A stretch of DNA of 64,000 nucleotides from a virus: positions 1 to 64,000 of the IMG/VR virus record IMGVR_UViG_3300032093_000070; one strand, written 5' to 3'. Shown in pieces: positions 27,743-37,216 of this stretch (within the stretch, counting starts at the first letter, position 1; each line of letters starts with the position of its first letter). The notes under the pieces are model-generated. The model had not been told where the DNA came from and made no database searches. It was given only the letters and a program-made list of their open reading frames with translations. The position numbers and the translations under genes are program-made.

Positions 27743-28428
27743 CGTAAGTCCCCTCGTGTTGGATCAATAGGCAGATAGGTGAAAGCCTCCTTGGCAAAAC
27801 TTGCCGTTGCGTCACCATATAAACCATCCCAATTTTCACGAGCGATGTTAGTGGTAACTATAGTAGGCAATCCGTTGTTAAATCGGGTGCGTAAAACATG
27901 ATGAAGTTGATTTTTTTGCCAGCCTGATAGGGAGGCATGCTCTTTACCCACATCATCAATAACAAGAACGCGGATGTTATAGGCATCGTCTTTGGCTTCG
28001 CCAAGAACTCCGTCCCACAAAAGGGTATCCTCTTCTGTTGGGTCATCGGACATCGTCCGACCCTTTAGATCAAGCACATCGTTGTAAGTAGCAAAGTAGC
28101 AAGGTCGCAATAAGATCTTGCCGTCTGTAGGAGCAAAAGACTCTAAAGGAAGCTTGGTCAATAGCTCTTGAATAATCGCTAAGCTCAAAGTAGTTTTACC
28201 TATACCTGGCTTTCCATAGATCAACATGCCAAGACCACAACTTTTTTTACCTAAAGCTTTTATAACTGCCCCTGCTTTTACTACCCGTAACCACATCTTT
28301 ACTTTATCAATGTCGCTTTGAGTTAGGTCAGTGCAATCTGATAGCAAGTAGCCGACGCGAGCGCTAGGTATCCCAGCTACCTTTACCCAAGACTTACGAA
28401 CTAATTGCAGGTCAGTTAACTTATACAC
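27739..28428 (-). CDS. DnaC/IstB-like AAA+ helicase loader
   Basis: GKPGIGKT, LVIDDVGKE, R-x5-PTIVTTN. Confidence 0.85.
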   Translation of the reverse strand: MYKLTDLQLVRKSWVKVAGIPSARVGYLLSDCTDLTQSDIDKVKMWLRVVKAGAVIKALGKKSCGLGMLIYGKPGIGKTTLSLAIIQELLTKLPLESFAPTDGKILLRPCYFATYNDVLDLKGRTMSDDPTEEDTLLWDGVLGEAKDDAYNIRVLVIDDVGKEHASLSGWQKNQLHHVLRTRFNNGLPTIVTTNIARENWDGLYGDATASFAKEAFTYLPIDPTRGDLR

Positions 28429-29298
28429 TTACAGCCCTTCCTCCTCTGCAAACTGCTTGAGTCGATCAATTGATTTCTCTGATTGAACTGTAGCGGCTTC
28501 TGTTCTTTCTTGAGTAACCTCGCTCAATCTGATATCGGCAAGAAGACTACCAAACTGTTTGATAAACATCTTCCAGATAATTTCTGGGTCATTGATCTTC
28601 TTATTATGTGAGATCTGTTTGAAGAACTTCTCGTACATCAAGTTCTCGTAGTACCCGTTGGTGCCGTACAAAGACCGAGCATTGGCTAGGGCGATGCGGA
28701 AACGACTCTCGCCAATATGCCAAGGCAACACATGAAACAGATCTAACATCCTTGAAGCAAACTCGTAGGCACTGTCTGTGACTGACCACTTGGATGGATC
28801 GGGGCTCCGCCTGACCATAGCCTTTTCGTAACGCTGGTTCTTCTGCTCAGCCTTCTGGTCGTACTTAAGCTTGTCAGCTCGCCGACGAGCCTGATCAATA
28901 TCATCGGGGTCATACGCGGCAGGGAAATCGGACATAGTGCCTCCTTCAAGATTTACTTTTAAAAACTTTTCTTTCTCTCCCGGCTCCGCCGGGATATTTG
29001 CATTACTTATGTAGAAATTACTTATAACGTAGTTATTACTATTTCTTAGTACCTTAAGGATCAGGCCGCCTGTTTCTGCCGGCCAGTATTCGGGCTCTAC
29101 TAGAATGTTGACCGTCATGATACGGCCCCCAATTCTCTCCTTATGGGTCTTTAAAATACCTGCCTCACGCAGTTCGTTTAGGGCAGCCCTGACCGCCTTG
29201 TCGCCTTCTTTGGCTAACCCAGCAAGGGTCTCAGAATTGATCCTGGAGCCCGTAGAGGCTAGGTACATGTAGAGACCTAATGCCCTCCATGAAATCAT
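28429..29298 (-). CDS. probable replication initiator with N-terminal winged HTH
   Basis: SWRALGLYMYL...AVRAALNELREAG; adjacent to the DnaC-like gene. Confidence 0.6.
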   Translation of the reverse strand: MISWRALGLYMYLASTGSRINSETLAGLAKEGDKAVRAALNELREAGILKTHKERIGGRIMTVNILVEPEYWPAETGGLILKVLRNSNNYVISNFYISNANIPAEPGEKEKFLKVNLEGGTMSDFPAAYDPDDIDQARRRADKLKYDQKAEQKNQRYEKAMVRRSPDPSKWSVTDSAYEFASRMLDLFHVLPWHIGESRFRIALANARSLYGTNGYYENLMYEKFFKQISHNKKINDPEIIWKMFIKQFGSLLADIRLSEVTQERTEAATVQSEKSIDRLKQFAEEEGL

Positions 29299-29960
29299 TC
29301 CTGCGGGCCTCCTGTGCCCTTTTTGCGGGCTTCTAGTTCTTCGGCGAAGGCTTTGGCAAAGACTTTCGCGATGGCTTCGATACCGAAATAGACATTGTCC
29401 ACTTCTTCGTACTCTTCTTCGTCCTCTTCGTCTTCGCCTTCGTCGTCTTCTTCTTCTTCCTCATCCTCGTCTTCGTCCTCCTCGTCTTTTTCTAAAGTCT
29501 CTTGCTTAGGGATTACTGGGGCAGCCACAGGCTTAAGGTCAGATGAAGGGGTTAAGGGGAGTAGCCCTTCGGTCAGATCAAAGCAGGGTATCCCAGCATC
29601 CTTACATAGGGCTAGGCTTGTTTGGCATCCTGAATCTTCGTCAGACCAGAGTAGGAATGCGGAAGCTTTTAGTCCGCGTAAAAAATCTACGGCGCTAGAT
29701 AGTGGATCGGAGCTTAGCTCCACACTGGCACTAGGCGCTCCGTCAAACCTACCGCTTTCGGTAGTAAATAACAGAATTTCTTTGTCTTTGTCTTTTGAGA
29801 ACTGAATTGCGTAGACCTGTTCGGGCGTTGGCTTAGTCTCATACGCGACAACTATTGTTCCGGATTTACCGTTTTTGTAGTAATGATCTTCAAGCAAAGC
29901 TTCAATGTTTGCTCGACTGGTTTTACCGTTACCAGTTACTAGCACATAGTAATTGTCCAT
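29295..29960 (-). CDS. protein with possible SLOG-like N-domain and long acidic tract
   Basis: VLVTG...LLWSDEDSG...AGIPCFD; about 30 consecutive mostly D/E residues. Confidence 0.55.
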   Translation of the reverse strand: MDNYYVLVTGNGKTSRANIEALLEDHYYKNGKSGTIVVAYETKPTPEQVYAIQFSKDKDKEILLFTTESGRFDGAPSASVELSSDPLSSAVDFLRGLKASAFLLWSDEDSGCQTSLALCKDAGIPCFDLTEGLLPLTPSSDLKPVAAPVIPKQETLEKDEEDEDEDEEEEEDDEGEDEEDEEEYEEVDNVYFGIEAIAKVFAKAFAEELEARKKGTGGPQE

Positions 29961-29998
29961 AGGACCTCCTTGTTAGGGGAGGCACACACTACACGATT

Positions 29999-30274
29999 CT
30001 AGTTGGATGGGTTAATAATGGTTGGCCGGTATGTCGCAATCCGCTCCACCCCAGCAAGCAAAGCATTGCCAAGAAACCCGCCAGCTACTGTCCACAATAT
30101 GAGACTTTTTATATCTTCGTAGCCAACTAACCAATTTGCCAGCCAAGCAAACAGCAAAGAAAAGACTGCGTTTACTATCTTGGTGTTGATAAAAATAGAT
30201 ATCAAACTTACCAATGGCTCTACTACAGCTAACAAAAACGCGGTAAACATACCGATCAAGACTAGGTCAAGCAT
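29999..30274 (-). CDS. small membrane protein, possible holin
   Basis: Three hydrophobic segments; at the end of the tail operon. Confidence 0.5.
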   Translation of the reverse strand: MLDLVLIGMFTAFLLAVVEPLVSLISIFINTKIVNAVFSLLFAWLANWLVGYEDIKSLILWTVAGGFLGNALLAGVERIATYRPTIINPSN

Positions 30275-30286
30275 GACCAAATACTA

Positions 30287-32809
30287 CTATGTTTTTGGCT
30301 GTGCTAAGTAAATCGCAAAAGTAGAGCCTAAGGTTAGGTACTCACTCAACAGATCTGTGGTGAGTCGATTCTGGATAGCAAACCTATTTTTGTATAGGTG
30401 GCTTCTAGAGGCACTAGCCGTTCCTTCCCAGAAAAGATCTGTACCGTCGCAAGGGCCGTAGTCACCATCAAAGTAAGGCAAGATCACGCCAACATTTTCA
30501 AACAGAGCTTTATCTAGTCCAAGGGTACTTCCGTCAATGACCTGCCATGTAAGTCGCACTGAAGCATACGCCGCGTTACTTGGCGCGGTTGCGATTAATG
30601 AAAGACGATTCCACGATGTTCCTGAAGCTGTGACTGTGTACTCAGTTCCTATGCTAGAGCTAATAAGGGTCTTTGAACTGTTGTACCAAATGATCTCTGG
30701 GGTAACTTCTTCCTGACCTCCGCCAAGAATTTGAGCATAGACACTAAACGCATAAGAAGTATTTGGATAGTGGATATCCATGTAGTCTGCATTAGTTGTA
30801 TAGGAATCAATAAGCACTGTTGATCCAGTTGCGCTTACTCGTAAAGAAGTTCCTGATCTATACGCCGTGCCCGATACTGTAGTTCGCGGAACATTGGCTG
30901 TGGTTAGGGCGTATGTAAAGGTAAGAGAGTTGAGCAGAGAATCTACGGTATTAATACCAGTAGTTGCCACAGTAAACGCTCCGTCGTAAGGAGAACCTAA
31001 ACCAGAAATAACAATGGTAGATCCGGCTTCTATGTCGTGACTTACAGAGGTTTCTATTCTCACCACATTTGAGTCTACGGTGTAGTGCGTAATTGTGTAC
31101 ACATCTGAGTCAGGCTCTTGTGCTAAAACATTTATTGACCCAGATCCATCGGTAATGTTCCAAGGAGCTATTGGGGAAGCAAAGTGTGGGTTTTTTAATT
31201 CATTAATTCTTGTGGCTTTTAAAGTTAACTTAAGTTGTCTAGCCTCTTCAAAGGCAGTGGCTGTGGCACTATTTTCAAATTGCGCTCCATCAAAATAATG
31301 ATGTTCTGTGGCTACACTATCAGCAGATGTTATTTGAATAACGGGGACTGCAAAGTATGAGTTAGCTGGGGCGGTAGCGGTAACCGTTGGTCGAGCGGTG
31401 AATCCATTTAATACTGTTGTAGTAGAAGATCCAGTGCTTGTAGAAATCAAAGTTCCAAGGCGGTCGTACCACTTTATCTTCAATACAATTCCTCTGACAG
31501 TACCAACAGAAGATGCGTAAGTGCTAAAGGTATATTGCTGACCAGCGGTAATTGGAATTCCTTTAAGGATCGGGTTATCGTCCCCGCACTCAATAGTTGT
31601 ATTTCCAGTGCCCGTGGTTTTACGCACAGATAAAATTCCAGATTGTTTATTTGGATAGCCTGTAGGAGCGGTAGCCTCGGCATAAGGAGCTGGGTACGGA
31701 GCTACTTGCGTGTAAGCCTCAGTAACTTTATTGAATCCAGATTGAGCAGCAAAAGAAGTAATAGTAGACGCAACAGATATTGAGGTTGCATCCACCGCTG
31801 TAATTGTTAAAGGCAAACTAGAGTTAAATGCTGGGTATGGACTACCGCTTACTGTTACCTTATGATTAACTTTGTAGTTATGCGCTCCAATAACTAACTT
31901 AGCAACGCTAGCAGTAACGGATATTTGCGTCACATCTTTTTTTACTAAGCTGTTTATAGTGGCTGTAGAATCTGAAGAGATCCAATGACCTTTGGACTCT
32001 TCAAAAGAAGAATCGTTATAATCAAGGAATAAGTTTTTACCTACAAGTACTCCGTCTGTGCTTGGGTTTGGAGTTCCAGCAAGTGGCTCCGGCACTCCAT
32101 AACCAGTAAACGATTTAATAAAGCTTCTTAATCCGTCTTGACTACCTTTCTTTTTAAAGTTTTCAATGGCATCTCGAAGGATAATTCTGGCTTGTTGGAG
32201 TCCTACCTCTGGCTCAAAGTTGATGCCAAATTGTTTTAAGAAGTATGGAATTAAAAGACCGCTGACGCGCTCTAGGTTGTATCGGTCTTCAAGCAAAGCA
32301 ATTAGTGTGTGGGTTCTATCTAAGTCAAAACCAAAAACAGAAACAAAGTTATAAAGGTCTTGATTGTTCAAGCTTCCAGACGCGTCATAAATTTGTTCCA
32401 TTTTCATAATGTCTGGTAGTGAATCGTAGACTTTATTTCTATAGTTATAATCTTTTACAGACAAACCAATAACGTTAGATGCTCTTACCCATGCGTAGGC
32501 AGTAAGCTCAAATACAAATAGAGAGTAATAATAAAAAGATCCTGGCAGAAGGTTTTGATCTAGGTAGTTAGTAGGATCGGTTTCTTTTGCAGCGTTAACA
32601 AGTACATCACCATCAAAGGCATTAACTGGAAATCCGTACGGGTTTCTTACAAGTCTTACTTTTGACCACTCACCCGCAGCGCTATTCCAAGAGAGCTGAA
32701 TAGTTCCGTAGTCTGTAGGATCAGCAGTAAAATTTGTAGCAACAAAACTTACGGGGTTGTCTGGACCGTAATAAGCTAAGTTGTAATAGTTTAACCCGTA
32801 ACGTGACAT
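30287..32809 (-). CDS. baseplate/tail protein (P2 gpI-like) with carbohydrate-binding-like modules
   Basis: L-x2-FG...KKKGS-x2-GL-x2-FI-x3-TGY; NPHF/SSFE modules; follows the baseplate J gene. Confidence 0.7.
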   Translation of the reverse strand: MSRYGLNYYNLAYYGPDNPVSFVATNFTADPTDYGTIQLSWNSAAGEWSKVRLVRNPYGFPVNAFDGDVLVNAAKETDPTNYLDQNLLPGSFYYYSLFVFELTAYAWVRASNVIGLSVKDYNYRNKVYDSLPDIMKMEQIYDASGSLNNQDLYNFVSVFGFDLDRTHTLIALLEDRYNLERVSGLLIPYFLKQFGINFEPEVGLQQARIILRDAIENFKKKGSQDGLRSFIKSFTGYGVPEPLAGTPNPSTDGVLVGKNLFLDYNDSSFEESKGHWISSDSTATINSLVKKDVTQISVTASVAKLVIGAHNYKVNHKVTVSGSPYPAFNSSLPLTITAVDATSISVASTITSFAAQSGFNKVTEAYTQVAPYPAPYAEATAPTGYPNKQSGILSVRKTTGTGNTTIECGDDNPILKGIPITAGQQYTFSTYASSVGTVRGIVLKIKWYDRLGTLISTSTGSSTTTVLNGFTARPTVTATAPANSYFAVPVIQITSADSVATEHHYFDGAQFENSATATAFEEARQLKLTLKATRINELKNPHFASPIAPWNITDGSGSINVLAQEPDSDVYTITHYTVDSNVVRIETSVSHDIEAGSTIVISGLGSPYDGAFTVATTGINTVDSLLNSLTFTYALTTANVPRTTVSGTAYRSGTSLRVSATGSTVLIDSYTTNADYMDIHYPNTSYAFSVYAQILGGGQEEVTPEIIWYNSSKTLISSSIGTEYTVTASGTSWNRLSLIATAPSNAAYASVRLTWQVIDGSTLGLDKALFENVGVILPYFDGDYGPCDGTDLFWEGTASASRSHLYKNRFAIQNRLTTDLLSEYLTLGSTFAIYLAQPKT

Positions 32810-34521
32810 TAGACGAGGATTCCTCCACTTAGGGTAAGGGTAATATCATTTGCTTCTGGTATTTCGTTTACACCACAGATGATGTCGCTAACCGTAAGGA
32901 TAGTTGATTGACCGGTTGCGGCAGCCGATGTTACGTTAGCCGCTACTAAAGCATAAGAAAAAGTAGTGGTAGTAGGAACTGCGGTGATGATAAAAGTTCC
33001 ATCAAATGTCGCATCTACGCCAGTAACTTTTACAGTTTGACCTACGGTAAACCCGTGCGCCGCACTTGTAGTTAAAGTTGCTACTGAAGAAGTCAGAGCT
33101 TTGTTAGTAATAGTTCTAGTAACATCTTGATCTTGTCTTACTAGTTTGCTTACCTGTGTATAAGCAACGCCCGGTATAGAACTGATTGCAGAGATAACAT
33201 CTTGTAGGCTGATTCTGTCGTTAAACAACACATTGTCAAAGTCTAATAGTTCGTTAAGGATTGACTCCACAGAAGCTTGGATAGTGCTCTGACGATATTG
33301 AGGTAAGCATGTGATAGCCGCGGTTATATTAACACCAACATAGCTAGGTGGTTGGAAGGTAACTGTAGTGTTAGCTGGGATCTTATCTTTTAGATATTCT
33401 GTGACATCTGTCTTTAACGCATTAAAGACAGCAGATGGGGTAGTCCCGTCATTCTCAACTCCTTTGTCTCCATACGGAGCAAAGAACACATTAACACTGG
33501 TATACACATCTGCAATAGCGGTTGCTTTTGCGATACCGCTTACCTGTAAAGTGAGAGCAGAATAATCAGAGATAGATACAGCTCTGTTTAATGATTTAGT
33601 GCTAAGGGGGGCATTGATACGGATTGAGTCAGTTGATTCTGCGTCTGCTCCGCCAGTAGCTGATCCATCATTTGTAGCAGATACATATTGGTTAAGTACA
33701 GAGAGTCCATTAACTTGATTAGTTTCAATAAACTTTATTGTGTTTGCGGATACATTGCCCTGTATGCCTCCACCTACGCGATAGGTACAAATAATTTCAG
33801 CATTATTGGGAGGAATACGACCGCTTACTCCGTCACCAAAAACAATATAAGTGACGCCATTAGCATTAGTTACAGTCGTGTAAACAGGATCGTACCCTTG
33901 ATAATCAATAAGGTACGGAACTTCCGTGTATTCAACTCCACCAACAGTTACAGAAGTGCTTCCATTAATTACAGGAGACTCTGATAATTGATAGAGCTGA
34001 TTAGGTTGTCCGTTAGATGTACCAATAGTTTCTGGATCCGGCGTTTCACCTTGAGTCGCTAACACAGTTGCTGCTCCATCAACAATTCCAACTTTTGCTG
34101 GGACAGTTACAGCGGTGTCAGTTTCAAAAACAATACGAGTAGTGTTACCACTTATAACTGTAGTGGTAGAAACTTTAGTTCCAGCAGGTACTGTAATAGG
34201 ACTAGCTGTTGAGTTTTTAAAAGTCAAAGTCACCGTTGATGCGGTAGCTTCTGTTGGCTTATAACTAAGTAGACGAGCTAATTGAAGAACGCTTTCACGT
34301 TGACTAGCTGTTGTGATAAACGCTTCATTAGCCGCTCTATCAATGTAGTAGTTAAGCAGGTCGCCCATGTAAGAGTATGCCTCTAGGATGGTCATACCAA
34401 AATCGGCTGGGTCGCGGTTTGTCCACTCAGGTGCGTATTCTGGAATAAGGTTTATAACATCGCGACGAATTGATTCGTAGTCGCGGGATGTGTAATCCGT
34501 TTGCGGAATATAGTTTGCCAT
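32809..34521 (-). CDS. baseplate wedge protein (T4 gp6/P2 gpJ-like)
   Basis: DYTSRDY, DFGMTILE, FGDGVSG-x-IP, GGADAES, RAVS-x2-DY. Confidence 0.9.
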   Translation of the reverse strand: MANYIPQTDYTSRDYESIRRDVINLIPEYAPEWTNRDPADFGMTILEAYSYMGDLLNYYIDRAANEAFITTASQRESVLQLARLLSYKPTEATASTVTLTFKNSTASPITVPAGTKVSTTTVISGNTTRIVFETDTAVTVPAKVGIVDGAATVLATQGETPDPETIGTSNGQPNQLYQLSESPVINGSTSVTVGGVEYTEVPYLIDYQGYDPVYTTVTNANGVTYIVFGDGVSGRIPPNNAEIICTYRVGGGIQGNVSANTIKFIETNQVNGLSVLNQYVSATNDGSATGGADAESTDSIRINAPLSTKSLNRAVSISDYSALTLQVSGIAKATAIADVYTSVNVFFAPYGDKGVENDGTTPSAVFNALKTDVTEYLKDKIPANTTVTFQPPSYVGVNITAAITCLPQYRQSTIQASVESILNELLDFDNVLFNDRISLQDVISAISSIPGVAYTQVSKLVRQDQDVTRTITNKALTSSVATLTTSAAHGFTVGQTVKVTGVDATFDGTFIITAVPTTTTFSYALVAANVTSAAATGQSTILTVSDIICGVNEIPEANDITLTLSGGILV

Positions 34522-34928
34522 CAGTCGCTTACCTCCAAAATAACCTCACCAGTTCTGGTAAGGATAGCCGTTTTTAGTTTTACTCTCTGCTCATTTTGAC
34601 GAGGATTATATTTGTAAAAGACCTCGATCATTAAGTACCCATCTGTTTTATCTGAGTAGGCATCAACTTTAAGTAATTGAAGTTGAGGTAGCCATTTGCT
34701 GAAAGCGGCAGAGACAGACTTCCTTATAGATGCCGCAGCCCCTTCATCGTTTTCAAATAGATAGGTTTGAATTTCGCTTCCATATGTAGGGCGCATAATG
34801 CGCTCGCCAAGACGAGTCATCAACATAAGGACTACTCGATCTTGCCAAACCTTTGCCTCATCGCTTGTAAACGCAACAGCCCCAGACGCGTCAAAAGAAA
34901 AAGGCAATGAGATAGCTTTTTGAGCCAT
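34521..34928 (-). CDS. gp25/GPW-like baseplate protein
   Basis: LMTRLGERIMRPTYGS...WLP. Confidence 0.9.
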   Translation of the reverse strand: MAQKAISLPFSFDASGAVAFTSDEAKVWQDRVVLMLMTRLGERIMRPTYGSEIQTYLFENDEGAAASIRKSVSAAFSKWLPQLQLLKVDAYSDKTDGYLMIEVFYKYNPRQNEQRVKLKTAILTRTGEVILEVSD

Positions 34929-35617
34929 TAGCTTCCTCCGATCCAGAGCGGAAAGTTAGGATCTCCGCCTTCAAACATAACCCACACCCCTTGGCTGGGT
35001 TGGGGTTTCCATTTACCAATTAAGTTTAATGTAGCAATTATACCTGGAACCGCTGGGCCAACCCCCGCGTTGTCGTGACTTAGGAAGGTATTAGTGCTGT
35101 TAGCAGAGGATACAAATTCAATATAGTCCTTTGCCTCCAGATCCAAAATAAGGCTGACAGTCATGGTGATTTCTGAGTTGTTTCCAGCTAATGTGATTTT
35201 GGTATTGCTGTCTGGAATGTCTACTCCGTTTTTTCTAAACCACATGCTAGCTGTACCAGAGTTAGCGGTAGTTTTAATAAACATGGCAGAGAACTGTACA
35301 AAGTAGTCGCCAGTCTCTTCTACATAGATTCGTGTCCCATCAAGATACGATTTACTGGTATCGGCTTCTATCCAGTTATTGACTACTGTAGCTGTGTTGA
35401 CCCCGATGGCTTGATCAGAAGTGGTGTAGAAAGTTCCGTAAGGCCAACTCTTTTGAGCTATGGCTCCCCCGACTGGGTAAGCCCACTCAGTCACTTCACT
35501 TCCTAAAACCTGTGGTACAACAAGTTGTACACGTCCCTGATTCTCCGGATCACTGGAACTGTAAACAAAGCCACGGTAGATGCCGTAAAACCTTTTGTCT
35601 GGGCTGTCAATACTCAT
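34928..35617 (-). CDS. gp5/VgrG-type OB-fold spike protein with inserted C1q-like domain
   Basis: GIYRG-x-V...DP-x3-GRV...VP...WA and P-x4-VWVMFEGGDP-x2-P-x-WIG. Confidence 0.8.
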   Translation of the reverse strand: MSIDSPDKRFYGIYRGFVYSSSDPENQGRVQLVVPQVLGSEVTEWAYPVGGAIAQKSWPYGTFYTTSDQAIGVNTATVVNNWIEADTSKSYLDGTRIYVEETGDYFVQFSAMFIKTTANSGTASMWFRKNGVDIPDSNTKITLAGNNSEITMTVSLILDLEAKDYIEFVSSANSTNTFLSHDNAGVGPAVPGIIATLNLIGKWKPQPSQGVWVMFEGGDPNFPLWIGGS

Positions 35618-36942
35618 CGAGCAACCCTGCTCAATCTATTAATAACTGCGGAGGACTTTGTAGTTTGAGGTATCACGGTGCTTAAGGTAGAGGTAGCTGA
35701 CTTCCATGTTGGAGCAGAAACAGATGCGGCTCGACTCCTATTGTTTACCGATCCAAATGAGGTTTCTGTCTGAGGAGTAGACCGTCTACCAGTTTTCTTT
35801 AATTGAGTTTTAGGCGCTACTTTTGTTTGTTTAACATTAGGAATTAAAGTTCTTTGGGGTAGGTAGTCGGGAGACAGGATCTCTTTGCTATCCGTCCATC
35901 TGTCTGCCTTTCCTAGTGAGTCCGTTCCAACTTCAAGGATAGTTGTATAGCGGTGCCTGTTTAGTTCCTCTTCAACAATGACATGTTCTGTAGACAACAC
36001 TGTCCAAAAACCAGAATAGGTTTGACCTAGACCATCTAAATAAACAGGGAAATCTGGTCGTAGGGTTGGATCACCAATGACTTCTACCTTAGCTCTATAA
36101 GGAAACGCATTCCTAGCTTCAGCAGCTTCCGCCTCGTACTTAGCAACATCAAGACTCGGGGCTACAGACACGGTATCAAATTGATCAAGGATCTCCGACT
36201 TCTTTTTCTTTCTAGTTTTTTTATTTGCTTTCTGTTTTGTATAAGATACTTGGCTAGCAGTAAGGACATCTACACCGGATACGGCCACTGCCGCTTTTCT
36301 TGCGTCGTCAAACTCTATAGTCTCTCCAATAACTGGATTGAATGAATAGATGGTTGTACCATCCAAACTAGATGTTGGCTTCTTTACAAATCGAGGGGCT
36401 TCAGCTCTGTACTTTGTATAGTCTTCAAGGATTGGCTGGAAGTAAAGCTCAGTGTTGGTGGCTCTAAGCGTATAACCACATTGCTTTGCCAGCCTGACCA
36501 TAAGCTCCCAATCACTGTGACCAGTTTGAGATATCTGTGGGAAAACTCTTGGGTGAGGTACTGAATAGCAAACAAAGTTGTGCTTCTTTGCAATTTCTCT
36601 AACTACCCGATCAGCTGTTGCATTCTTATAAATCTTTTGTGATTGTCGTTTCATAAGGAAAGACGCACCAATTAAAACTACTGTTACAAAGTTTTTGCCT
36701 GGTGTCTGCTCTGGTGCAATGTGATGAACATATCCGTAGAACTCTCGTCTTTTACCTGGGCCGTACATGGTTACATTAACTGGGCTATTTGGTTCAACAA
36801 CCTCGTAGGGTAGATCCCAATCTCTAAAGGTTATTGTCATAATTTCGTGAGAGTATCGGTTTTGTTTTAGGGTAGCCGAGTACACAAATGAAGGCTGTAC
36901 TGAAGGAGACTCTGGAAACTTAACTTTTACATAATTAAACAT
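35614..36942 (-). CDS. baseplate hub (P2 gpD/T4 gp27-like)
   Basis: Q-x3-SDWEL-x2-RLA-x3-GY; GDPTLRP; SGFW-x-V. Confidence 0.85.
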   Translation of the reverse strand: MFNYVKVKFPESPSVQPSFVYSATLKQNRYSHEIMTITFRDWDLPYEVVEPNSPVNVTMYGPGKRREFYGYVHHIAPEQTPGKNFVTVVLIGASFLMKRQSQKIYKNATADRVVREIAKKHNFVCYSVPHPRVFPQISQTGHSDWELMVRLAKQCGYTLRATNTELYFQPILEDYTKYRAEAPRFVKKPTSSLDGTTIYSFNPVIGETIEFDDARKAAVAVSGVDVLTASQVSYTKQKANKKTRKKKKSEILDQFDTVSVAPSLDVAKYEAEAAEARNAFPYRAKVEVIGDPTLRPDFPVYLDGLGQTYSGFWTVLSTEHVIVEEELNRHRYTTILEVGTDSLGKADRWTDSKEILSPDYLPQRTLIPNVKQTKVAPKTQLKKTGRRSTPQTETSFGSVNNRSRAASVSAPTWKSATSTLSTVIPQTTKSSAVINRLSRVAR

Positions 36943-37216
36943 TAGGAATCCTTAATTGGGTTCCCGCTGGGATATCCGTAATGTCTTCTAGCTCTGGGTT
37001 GTACTCTGGAATAATCCACCAGAACTCTGGTTTGCCATAGTACTTAGCCGCAATTTGATCCAAGCGTTCGCCTTTTACATACTCATGAACCCAATAGCGA
37101 ACTAAACCAAGGGGTGAAAATTGATAGAACACTACAGGGTTTTCTGCGCCGTCAGGCGTAATAGAAAAGTAATCAACTGTTGAGTATTCGTAGCGAGAGC
37201 CTTTAAAGATAGCCAT
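36935..37216 (-). CDS. LysM-like baseplate protein (gpX/gp53-like)
   Basis: GERLDQIA-x-KYYG-x4-WWI-x3-NP...GTQLRIP. Confidence 0.85.
   Translation of the reverse strand: MAIFKGSRYEYSTVDYFSITPDGAENPVVFYQFSPLGLVRYWVHEYVKGERLDQIAAKYYGKPEFWWIIPEYNPELEDITDIPAGTQLRIPNV

Noticed and set aside
29395-29805. + strand poly-Ser ORF
   Set aside because: Antisense of the D/E tract in 29295-29960
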